Shown: positions 53,276 to 61,964, counted from the first letter of the stretch. The stretch is DNA of 64,000 nt from Bacteroidia bacterium (GCA_964202605.1 CAXNJN010000007.1:543-64542); one strand, 5' to 3'. Made by a program: numbers and translations. Notes: generated by a model from the sequence alone, not told the origin.

Positions 53276-54325
53276 TTACTTGCAGGTACCTGGTAGCTCG
53301 TCTGAACCATCAGGACAATCACATACACCATTTCCTACTTGGCCCAATTTAATGGGCTCTCCTTTTCCAATACAATACCAAATACCTCCAGTTTCAGGCT
53401 TTTCTATTTTTCGGTTATCCCTCACATCATCACTTATAGCTATAGTTAAAGTACGAGCAAAAACCCCTCCTTTTCCATCTGTCACTTGAACCCGAATGCT
53501 GTATCGGTCTTTGGATTCAAAATCAAACCTTTCCGTAGTTGTAAGCGAATTGCCCGAGATGGCAAAACTTCCGTTATCTCCCTGACCAGAAACGAGCGCA
53601 TAGGTATGCGAATCCGAATCATCTTCGTCTGCATCCAAAGCAGCTAAGGTCCCTACTTTAGTTCCGGGAGAATTATTCTCCATTACTTCATACGAGCTTA
53701 GGGTGATGTCGGTAGGGGCTGTATTTTCTGTAGTAGTTGACTCCACACGATCATCAGTGATTCCTAACCAATTGGCCAAGTCTTCCCTGAAAATGAGTCC
53801 CAAGATGAGAAGACCGGCGAGCATAAATAAAAGAAGTTGTTTAACCGGCAATCTAAATGGAGTACGCTGTTGGTTATCAACAACTTGCGGAACAGAATCA
53901 CTTAACGTCCCAGAACTATTTTTCTGAATTGGATCTAAATCATCAAAGTATTGAGAAGCTTTAGAAGGAGTAGGATCTATGCCAAAAGAATTATTTCCAG
54001 GCGTACCTGGAAGGAGACTTAAGTAGACGTTGTAAACTGGTATCAAAAAAGCCCAACCCGTACGATCCACGTCGTGCATGCGCTTGGCCCCCTGAATCAA
54101 CAAAAAGACAACTAACAAAGAAGGAAGTATATACTGATGAAAAGCATTATCCTCTTTATAAACCTCAAAATATACCAAAAGATAACTTATAAGGTAAATC
54201 CCAAAAACTAAGAGCAATCGCAAGAAGAATCCATTCCGGCCTATCCTTCCTTTAGTATTAAAAAAGCCAGTTTCCTCGTTTCCAGATTTGGAACCTTTGT
54301 ATTTGTAAAAATTATTTATCCCCAT
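53276..54325 (-). CDS. DUF805 - TM - cadherin domain - LDLa/PRKCSH-like motif fusion
   Basis: FNTKGRIGR/IQGAKRMHD; NTAPTDITLS..V.EN..GT.VGTL...DAD...FDFE...YSIRVQVTD; CDCPDGSDELPGTC. Confidence 0.82.
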   Translation of the reverse strand: MGINNFYKYKGSKSGNEETGFFNTKGRIGRNGFFLRLLLVFGIYLISYLLVYFEVYKEDNAFHQYILPSLLVVFLLIQGAKRMHDVDRTGWAFLIPVYNVYLSLLPGTPGNNSFGIDPTPSKASQYFDDLDPIQKNSSGTLSDSVPQVVDNQQRTPFRLPVKQLLLFMLAGLLILGLIFREDLANWLGITDDRVESTTTENTAPTDITLSSYEVMENNSPGTKVGTLAALDADEDDSDSHTYALVSGQGDNGSFAISGNSLTTTERFDFESKDRYSIRVQVTDGKGGVFARTLTIAISDDVRDNRKIEKPETGGIWYCIGKGEPIKLGQVGNGVCDCPDGSDELPGTCK

Positions 54326-54377
54326 AAAAATTTACCCTCACATGAAATAACTGTTGTTTTTAGTCATTCTCAGCTCC

Positions 54378-55610
54378 TTAATTCGCATTGGTTGTGTCTT
54401 TATCTGCAGAAACTTGTGAGCCAATCCTTTCCTTTTGCTTTACATATTTCTCATTCACATTTTTAATATCAATATTGAATTCCCTTGAGAAATTAAAAAT
54501 TTCAAGATATTTTTCATTGAGCAACGTCGTGTCTACTGCAGTCCCCTCTTTATCCAAAGAATAGATAAAGTCAATATTCTCTAGAAAATCCGCCATTTCC
54601 TTTCGAGAAGCACTATCCTGCAAAATCTGGTCGATAGGATTTACTACAGCTTCTAGTTTTGGTGGAGGGAGTACTTCCCTAGGAAATATTATGTCAAAAA
54701 AAAACAAAAGCATTAAAAGCAAAAGAACGAGCCCCGATAAGGCATAAACCAAAAAACTGGCTCGTCTTTGCTTTTTATTTAACTTTTTTAAATTTTCTTC
54801 CAAACCTTGGTTGGTATATTGCACATCGTTCAATGCAGATCTAAGTTTAAAGATCTCATTCAAATCTCCTCCAGCAGGCTTAGAACTATTATCCCGGACC
54901 GGGATTAAAGGAGCCTCATACTTTAATGGTTCTTTGTAAGGCACAAACTGCCCGTTCTGTTCCCAATAAATTGGAAATCGATCTTTTCCCCATTTTTGTT
55001 GAGTTCTTTTTAAATGATTTAGATCTTCTGAAAAATACACCCGATCTTGATTGGAAACACGAGTAGTCAGTTTGATGGCATCTTCAAAAAGGTTATTCGC
55101 AAACATAGCAATTTCACCTCCACTGCTCTTATCCCTTAGTTCAAAGGTGGAAATTTTATCCAATAAATTACCATTACTTCCTCTTGTAACTTCTTCCCAA
55201 ATTCGATCCGAATCGGACTTAAAGTTACTTTTGTTAAACTTTACTCCATTTAAACTGAGTTTTGCAAAGTTATCTTTAGTAGTTCTTAGCAAATTTAAAT
55301 TTTCTTCCGAAAAATGTATTGCCTCTTCCCCAAGCAAGCCAACGCCATAGATACTGCCGTCTATTCTAGCCCCGTTTAACGCCTGTGCAAAGGAATACAA
55401 CTTTACTAAACAATAATTTTTACCTTGAGCAGTAAAAAAATACCGGGCAAGAATTTCTTTGTTAGTAATGGAGTCAACGGTAAATATTTTTGACTCCAAC
55501 AAGCTAAAATCTCGGATGATCAAATTAAAGTCAGCCACCCAACCATTTCGATCGTAGTAAAGACTTGTAAAATCTTGAGACTTCCCAAAAAAAACTAAAT
55601 AATTTTCCAT
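54378..55610 (-). CDS. GTPase-associated membrane protein (GAP1-N2-like N-terminus, coiled coil, TM, external domain)
   Basis: Starts 3 bp after the GTPase stop; YLVFFGKSQDF and RIDGSIYGVGL; one TM. The GAP1 similarity is an inference. Confidence 0.55.
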   Translation of the reverse strand: MENYLVFFGKSQDFTSLYYDRNGWVADFNLIIRDFSLLESKIFTVDSITNKEILARYFFTAQGKNYCLVKLYSFAQALNGARIDGSIYGVGLLGEEAIHFSEENLNLLRTTKDNFAKLSLNGVKFNKSNFKSDSDRIWEEVTRGSNGNLLDKISTFELRDKSSGGEIAMFANNLFEDAIKLTTRVSNQDRVYFSEDLNHLKRTQQKWGKDRFPIYWEQNGQFVPYKEPLKYEAPLIPVRDNSSKPAGGDLNEIFKLRSALNDVQYTNQGLEENLKKLNKKQRRASFLVYALSGLVLLLLMLLFFFDIIFPREVLPPPKLEAVVNPIDQILQDSASRKEMADFLENIDFIYSLDKEGTAVDTTLLNEKYLEIFNFSREFNIDIKNVNEKYVKQKERIGSQVSADKDTTNAN

Positions 55611-55613
55611 TTT

Positions 55614-56570
55614 TTATCCAAACAATTTTTCCCAAAATGTCTTTTCATCTAGGCTTTTATTGGTGCAAATCTGGTATAATTTTTTCCAAAAACGGTCGGG
55701 ATAATCACGATTAATTCGTACAATCTCTTGGACTACTATTCCCTGATCTCCTTTGCTTTCTAGAATTTGGCCGATGGAATACTCTCCCCAAACCACTGTG
55801 GAATTTTTAACGTAATTGTAAATAGATGGTCTTTTTTCTTGAATAAATGATTCCACACTTAGCCTTTGATCGGGATTTTTATCCCATTGAGACACTACAA
55901 CAAAAAACTTGGAATTAATAAGCAATTGAGGCTGGTTTTCTCTGATGTAATTCAAAAACTCATAATGAAGCCCATCTTCACGATCATGTGCATTTTGTTG
56001 GGTCTCATTATCTTTTCTTGGAGGCTCAAAAGGAGTAATTAGAATAAAAATGATCGGTGAATTATCGATTTTTATTCCATTAAACACCGCATTGATTCTG
56101 TCACTAAAACTTGCTCCCTCTTTAGTTCTTATTTTCTTGATATCTTCTCCAGCAAGATCTAGAAAAGCAAGGTTTAATGATGGTAATTTTGATTTTACCG
56201 GGGTAATATCAATTCCAATTAAATCCAAAGAGCCTTCTTCGGTGGATTTAAAAAGCTTTCCTTCAGTAAAAAAATCAATCATATCCTCGGCCGTTTGGCG
56301 GCCTTTGTCAAAAGGAAAATCATTTTTGAGATTAGTTCGAAACAGGGTTCCAGCTCCTCTTCTTGCAAAATACATCAGCGAAGAAATCAACAGGGATTTT
56401 CCTGCCTGAGGAAAGCCAATGGGAATTGCAAGCACCCTATTTTGCCTTCCAAAATCTACAAATTGTCTTGAAATTTCGTGAACAGTCAATTCTGACAAAA
56501 AGCCAGATCTTCTTAATGCTTTATGTGGCTCAGAATGAGCGCTATTAGTTTCTTCGGTCATTTTTTTCAA
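55614..56570 (-). CDS. TRAFAC-class GTPase (ternary conflict-system-like)
   Basis: G1 GFPQAGKS, G2-like ST, G3 FLDLAGE, G4 variant VVSQWD, and YSIG. Confidence 0.8.
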   Translation of the reverse strand: MKKMTEETNSAHSEPHKALRRSGFLSELTVHEISRQFVDFGRQNRVLAIPIGFPQAGKSLLISSLMYFARRGAGTLFRTNLKNDFPFDKGRQTAEDMIDFFTEGKLFKSTEEGSLDLIGIDITPVKSKLPSLNLAFLDLAGEDIKKIRTKEGASFSDRINAVFNGIKIDNSPIIFILITPFEPPRKDNETQQNAHDREDGLHYEFLNYIRENQPQLLINSKFFVVVSQWDKNPDQRLSVESFIQEKRPSIYNYVKNSTVVWGEYSIGQILESKGDQGIVVQEIVRINRDYPDRFWKKLYQICTNKSLDEKTFWEKLFG

Positions 56571-56584
56571 AATTTTAAATGTGA

Positions 56585-57691
56585 TTAAAATCTCTCTGGC
56601 TTGCTGTAAGCAGGGGTATTCTCTTCCTCACCCTCTTTTTTACGGAGAAGCAGGTAAATCGCCAAAGGCACAATCAAATCCACAAAGAGGCACAAGATAA
56701 TGATAGCCCAAGTATCCACCTTGGTAATTCGGTCTTTTATTGATGCTACCGTATGTGCTATAGTACCTAAGTTTTGAGATTTAGTTTCTCCAATTAAAGA
56801 AAAATTAGGTAGCGTTTTATCTCCTTTTTTATTCTTAAGTGATTCATTTATTTGTGACGACGCTTCATCGAGTTCAGATGCAAGTTTCTGTAATGTAATT
56901 ACTTGAGGATTTGATTTGATATTTTCAATTTTTATTTCTGAATTATCCGGAATAATTGAATCGATTAAAATTGGGGTATACTTTTTTTGAATTGCTACAT
57001 ACATTTCCGTTGCAAGCACAAAATTTTGCGCATCCCCTAAATCCCCACCAGCTTCAGTTTTATTCTCCAAGAACTGTCTCATTCTACCCGTAAATAAACC
57101 TAGATAATAATTTGCAAATTCTACATCTGTCATTTTTGCATCATCAGACAGGATAATTACTGGAATTTTATGTTTTTCACAAATTTTATTGAAATCAGCA
57201 AAATACTTCCTTGATCTCGGTCCTTGTCCGTTTTTTCGGATTTCTTCAATCACACTGTTCTTCAATGTTTCCATATCTCTATAGTCTTTTAAACTACCAT
57301 CTGAATCTTTAAATCCTACAGTACTTAAAAGTCTTTTTCCTTTGTTTGTATACACTTGCAATGTGTCATTAAGCAATGTTGCTTCCTCACGAACAAGCTT
57401 TCTTGACAAATAAGATGGATAGAAGTAATTTAGATTACACACAAAGAAAATTATTCCGCCTAGTACGTAAAAAATGAGCGCCATTTTCCTGCCATTCACC
57501 GCATACCAATAGGTAATAAGAATGAGCAATAAGACAATTGCAGCAACAGCCAATCCTCCCCACTCAGAGCCAAAAGGTCGCATCTCCTTCAATCCCAGGT
57601 GGGTGTGCCAGAATCCAATGGCAAAAACAATTATACTTAGCAGCCAAGCTCCTAATTGGACAATTGGCGGGGTTTTTTTGGTGGTGTTCAT
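56585..57691 (-). CDS. Membrane protein, DUF4407-like (3 TM + large helical loop + C-terminal TM), paralogue 1
   Basis: GFWHTHLGL, CNLNYFYP and LCLFVDLIVPL. Confidence 0.65.
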   Translation of the reverse strand: MNTTKKTPPIVQLGAWLLSIIVFAIGFWHTHLGLKEMRPFGSEWGGLAVAAIVLLLILITYWYAVNGRKMALIFYVLGGIIFFVCNLNYFYPSYLSRKLVREEATLLNDTLQVYTNKGKRLLSTVGFKDSDGSLKDYRDMETLKNSVIEEIRKNGQGPRSRKYFADFNKICEKHKIPVIILSDDAKMTDVEFANYYLGLFTGRMRQFLENKTEAGGDLGDAQNFVLATEMYVAIQKKYTPILIDSIIPDNSEIKIENIKSNPQVITLQKLASELDEASSQINESLKNKKGDKTLPNFSLIGETKSQNLGTIAHTVASIKDRITKVDTWAIIILCLFVDLIVPLAIYLLLRKKEGEEENTPAYSKPERF

Positions 57692-58038
57692 TAGAGTTCT
57701 ATTAAATTGACATATCTTAACTATTTTGCTAGCTAATTTCCTTTACAAGGATACTCTAACTAATTAAAAAAACAAAATTAGGTGAAAACAAACTTATGGA
57801 TTTTTACAGTTTAAAACACAATTCTTATTCACTTCGCCATTATCATTAGTTTCCATCAAACTTCTTCGTTAAATTAAATTTTCGATAGAAAAAAGGCAAT
57901 TTCACTTACCAGGTAATTTAATCCCAAAAGTACAGAAGTCATTGATTTTTTTAGGACGACTTGAAAAGATTGACCATGATAACTGGCCCAATGATCCTAT
58001 TTATTGATTAAATCAAATACTCTGCCCCTTGGAAAACA

Positions 58039-58068
58039 AAAAATCCCAACGTAATGGGTTGGGATTTT
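58039..58068 (-). terminator. Intrinsic terminator after paralogue 2
   Basis: aaaaaatcccaac-gtaatgg-gttgggatttt. Confidence 0.65.
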
Positions 58069-58088
58069 AAATATTCAATGTGGCAACC

Positions 58089-59183
58089 TTAGCTTTCCTT
58101 GACCGGTTTGTTTAGGATCAATTCTTTTTTCAGAAGGATCGGGTAAATCGTCAAAGGCAACATCAAATTCACAAAGAGACATAAAAAAATAATCACCCAG
58201 GTTTCTACCTTGGTATTACGGTCTTTTATTGACTGAAAGGTATATGCTATTCGTCCTAAATCACGGCTTTGCGGTTCTTCTACGGCCTGAAATTTGAAAG
58301 AATCAGATTTCGTTGCGCTATTAATTTTTGAAGTAGCATCATTTATTCCAGTTACTAACTTCTGAAGAATAATTATTTGGGGGTGAGTTTGCACATCCTC
58401 TAAATTAATTTCTGAATTATCTGGAATTATTGAATCTCTTAAAACTGTGGCATAATTCTTTTGAAGTGTATCTAATTCAGCTACACCTTTGATGAAACTC
58501 AGAGCATTTGCCACTCCACCATCTTTCGAATTAACCACCATCGTTTCCAAAACTTTCTGAATTGTACCCTCTAAATAATTGTCATACACATTTGCCAGTT
58601 CGAGGTAAGTCATATTTCCGACATTTGAAAATACGCTAATTGGAATACCATACTTTTCACTGATTTCATTGAAATCGTCAACTGCTTTGGATGCTTCTTG
58701 TCCCCATCCATCATTAGAATACTTAATTTCTGTAACAACTTTTGCCTTGTATATCTTCAAATTTTCATAATCAACTAACTCATCCTTATTGTCCTCAAAA
58801 CCGACAATATTTTTTATTAGAAGTGTATTTGATTGCTTTTTATAGTTCTGAAGCGTATCGCTTAAGGCAGTAGCTTCTTCCTTCACAATTTGTCTAGCTA
58901 TATAAGCTGGGTAGAAATAATTTAGGTTACACACAAAGAAAATTATCCCGTAGAATACGTAAAAAATAAGCGCCATTTTCTTTCCATTCACCGCATACCA
59001 ATAGGTGATCAGAATAGGTAACAATAAAATTCCTGCAATTGCTAAACTGCCCCATTCAGAACCAAATGGCTTCATCTCCTTCAAACCCAAATGAGTATGC
59101 CAAAATCCTATGGCAAATACGAGTAATATTACAAGCCAAAGGCCAATTTGCACGATTGGCAGAGTTTTTTTGGTGGAGTTCAT
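58089..59183 (-). CDS. Membrane protein, DUF4407-like, paralogue 2
   Basis: Clear paralogue of 56585-57691: same N-terminal TM block and the DSIIPDNSEI motif. Confidence 0.65.
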   Translation of the reverse strand: MNSTKKTLPIVQIGLWLVILLVFAIGFWHTHLGLKEMKPFGSEWGSLAIAGILLLPILITYWYAVNGKKMALIFYVFYGIIFFVCNLNYFYPAYIARQIVKEEATALSDTLQNYKKQSNTLLIKNIVGFEDNKDELVDYENLKIYKAKVVTEIKYSNDGWGQEASKAVDDFNEISEKYGIPISVFSNVGNMTYLELANVYDNYLEGTIQKVLETMVVNSKDGGVANALSFIKGVAELDTLQKNYATVLRDSIIPDNSEINLEDVQTHPQIIILQKLVTGINDATSKINSATKSDSFKFQAVEEPQSRDLGRIAYTFQSIKDRNTKVETWVIIFLCLFVNLMLPLTIYPILLKKELILNKPVKES

Positions 59184-59359
59184 TTGATACCTGTTAAATT
59201 GACAATATTCTAAAACTACTATTTATTCTTACAAAAAACTGCAAAAAGAACCAGGAAAATTAAGCAAAAACCAGCAAATTATAAACCTAAGCTATTCTAC
59301 AACCTTTTAAAACAATATGATAGAATGATATAAAACTATTGAAAAATGGTTAATCTCGT

Positions 59360-59403
59360 CTTATAATCAGTAGGTCGCTGGTTCGATCTCAGCAAGGGGC
59401 TCA
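59360..59403 (+). pseudogene. 3' half of a tRNA (Ile2/Met-like), att-site remnant
   Basis: cttataa-tcag-taggtc-gctgg-ttcgatc-tcagc-aaggggc: anticodon loop through T arm and acceptor 3' strand; no 5' half. Confidence 0.7.
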
Positions 59404-59410
59404 AAATTTT

Positions 59411-59441
59411 CCTCTTCAAAGCGATTTGAAGGAGGTTTTTT
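59411..59441 (+). terminator. Terminator-like hairpin after the tRNA remnant
   Basis: cctcttcaaa-gcga-tttgaaggagg followed by a T run. Confidence 0.55.
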
Positions 59442-59721
59442 GTTTCAAAAATTTGAAAAAATCAATTCGCAAAAATGAATGGAAGAAAGATGCAAAAAGA
59501 AGAGGGATTCTCGACCAAATTCGTTGACAATTTAGGATTTACGAGAAAAGGTGAATCGACTTTGTTTTTGAGAGGAAACCTTAGTAAGTAATGGATGGTT
59601 ATTTTTCAAAATTTTGTCGGATGAGAAAGAATATTTTTTACATTGTTAAGAGAAAATAGACCAGTCTATCCTTAAGAGGACTAGGACTTGAACAAGCCAA
59701 ATTTTTGTTAAAAATCACGTT

Positions 59722-60441
59722 ATGAAAAAATTACTAAAAAAACCCTTTCTCGCGATAATCATTTTTTTTCTTTCCCCTTCAGCATTTTCACAAACTTCCA
59801 GTAACTCACCATTATTTAATTGCGTTGAATTAGCTCAACAAATTCAAAATCGAGCGTCCACCACAAATTTACCTTTTAATGGCAATGTTGAAGATTATGC
59901 AAATAGTTTAATTGAAAAAATTGTAGTAGCGGCCTATGTTGATTATATTTCTAACTTATTTTCAACCGCAAAAAGAGATGTTTCTCAACAAGAAAGAGAA
60001 TCTATTGCTAACCAAGCAGTAGATTGTATGAGAAATATAAAATGGAATTTTAATAATCCTAAAACTAGTACGAACTCCGCAAAAAATGAATCTGCTCATT
60101 TAGCCGCTGTGGCACTTTTTTTAGGAATGTTAGAGTCATCAAGTGGTTCTTCTAACAATTCTTCTTCCTTCACAGACAGAACTCCTAGCCGGTCTGGCTC
60201 TACAATCAGTTCTAATAACTCTTGTACTACGTGTTCACAAAGTTGGACAATAAGAGATTACAATGAATACACCAAACAATATTCAAATTTTAGGAAGGAA
60301 ACCAAGTTTGGATTTATTCCATGTTCTCAATGTCAAGGCACTAAAAAAATGTCTGTTACTGCAGGGAGTAGTTACATTGGTAAAGTTTGCACGCTTTGTA
60401 AAGGTAGCGGGTGGACAAAATGCACATCTGGAAATCATTAA
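59722..60441 (+). CDS. Secreted hypothetical protein with Ser-rich linker and DnaJ-like Zn-finger motifs
   Basis: Signal peptide; CTTC, CSQCQGT and CTLCKGSG. Confidence 0.7.
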   Translation: MKKLLKKPFLAIIIFFLSPSAFSQTSSNSPLFNCVELAQQIQNRASTTNLPFNGNVEDYANSLIEKIVVAAYVDYISNLFSTAKRDVSQQERESIANQAVDCMRNIKWNFNNPKTSTNSAKNESAHLAAVALFLGMLESSSGSSNNSSSFTDRTPSRSGSTISSNNSCTTCSQSWTIRDYNEYTKQYSNFRKETKFGFIPCSQCQGTKKMSVTAGSSYIGKVCTLCKGSGWTKCTSGNH

Positions 60442-60519
60442 AGCTAATTTAAGATGGGTGTAATTTGAAAAATAGGAATAACTATTTATTTCAAAAACTC
60501 CTCAATTGAATAGTTTCTC

Positions 60520-60551
60520 GACCTGATTTCCGAATCAGGTCTTTTCTTTTT
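60520..60551 (+). terminator. Intrinsic terminator
   Basis: gacctgatt-tccg-aatcaggtc-ttttctttt. Confidence 0.6.
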
Positions 60552-60820
60552 TAGACCCTGCTGTATACTTATCTTTATAAGGAATACAGTATGGGAAATA
60601 GATTGTTAGAAAAATACCAAGATGTTATCAAATAAATAAAGGACTCCACGGGTATCAAACTTCCTCCAAATCGCGGCACTTGATTGAATCCTCAGTAGGG
60701 TTATCCCTGAAAGTTTTATTCAATTTTTCACCAAATCTACTGCAATGTTTACTGCAATGTTGGGATTTTTCGACAAAAAAGGGAGGGTGTACTATCCGTA
60801 AACCACTCTAAATCAATCAA

Positions 60821-60891
60821 GTAGCCTAGCTAGGAATTCCTGCCTACCCCAGTCAGGGAACCTAGATCTAGCGTTTAGGAAACGCTTGTTC
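60821..60891 (-). pseudogene. 3' two-thirds of tRNA-Arg(CCT) with a 19-bp insertion in the T loop; att core
   Basis: Minus strand reads gaaca-agcgt-ttCCTaa-acgct-agat-ctagg-ttc[insert]aatt-cctag-ctaggctac. Confidence 0.8.
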
Positions 60892-60914
60892 GTCTAATCA
60901 AAATTAAAATATTG

Positions 60915-61230
60915 ATAATGAGTAGGTTATAAATTTTTATTGTAGTAAAATAAGCCTGTTTTGACCTCCAACTGCAATGTTTACTGCAAGGTTAAAATCT
61001 TCAATCCAACTAGGTGATCCCCCCATCTTTCTAAAAAATTAGAGGAAGTGGAAGGTATTTTCTAACTAATAGTCATTGTACGATTTGAATCCTGATTAAA
61101 TCCTCATCATGCTCTCAGATGCCACCCACATCAATCATTGAATAACCAAAGTCCTATTGACGATCTAAAAGCTATTACTCATCTTTAACTTCCAACTTAT
61201 AAGTGGTTCGAAAAACTCGGTACTTACACA
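60915..61230 (+). repeat. Island repeat, copy C (longest; ACTGCAA pair at 60971-60989, res-like site at 61199-61230)
   Basis: Left part matches copy A; right part matches copy B. Confidence 0.88.
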
Positions 61231-61480
61231 CCCCTTATTTTTGGACCATTTTGTATTAGAGTTTTCTGATTATCCGCTTTTTTACCACTAACTAGAGAAA
61301 AAAAGGCTTGAGGTTAAATTAGGAAAGCTGAGCTAGTGGCATGATTGCGGACAATCATTTTTTTTTATAGAAAAAACACTATTTTTATCCAACAAAAAGG
61401 GCTAAAACGAAAAGTCTACTTTGGGTTGACGACGGAGAATTCAATAAGCCATATGACTAGGAATTTTAACAAAAGGTGAA

Positions 61481-61957
61481 ATGTATACAGAAATGACCAA
61501 AGATGAGTTGCTCAATGATGCCAATTGGGCGAAAAATTTCATTATTACAAAAGGGTTAAATAAAAATCAATTAATTGACATTGCCACTTTACTTAAAGAG
61601 AAAAAAGATGGAATAGTTGAAGTTTATTGGCTTGACGGAAACGACATGATAAACTATCCTTCATTTGCTTCGATAAGAATTAATCCAAGATTTGTAATTA
61701 AGGGAGGTGATATTAGGTCAAAAACAGATGGATTAATATTTCCTCAAACAGAACCAATAATTCTAATAATTGCGAATTTCAATAAATTAGAACAAAAGGA
61801 CAAAGAAATGTATGTGGAAGCTATTTGTAAAAAGGAAAAACATGATTATTATCCGCATTTATATCTACATGAGGAAAGCATTGTAATACTTGGAATTGGG
61901 GCCACTGACGTAGAACCAAAAATAAGCTACAAATTAGAGGTAAGGAGTATGATATGA
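61481..61957 (+). CDS. Hypothetical protein (possibly a degenerate P-loop fold)
   Basis: 158-aa ORF; IILIIANFNKL resembles a degenerate Walker B strand; no intact Walker A. Confidence 0.6.
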   Translation: MYTEMTKDELLNDANWAKNFIITKGLNKNQLIDIATLLKEKKDGIVEVYWLDGNDMINYPSFASIRINPRFVIKGGDIRSKTDGLIFPQTEPIILIIANFNKLEQKDKEMYVEAICKKEKHDYYPHLYLHEESIVILGIGATDVEPKISYKLEVRSMI

Positions 61958-61964
61958 AACTAGC

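Noticed and set aside
59330-59403. Intact tRNA-Ile(TAT)
   Set aside because: The 5' acceptor strand, D stem and 5' anticodon stem cannot be paired; only the 3' half is present.
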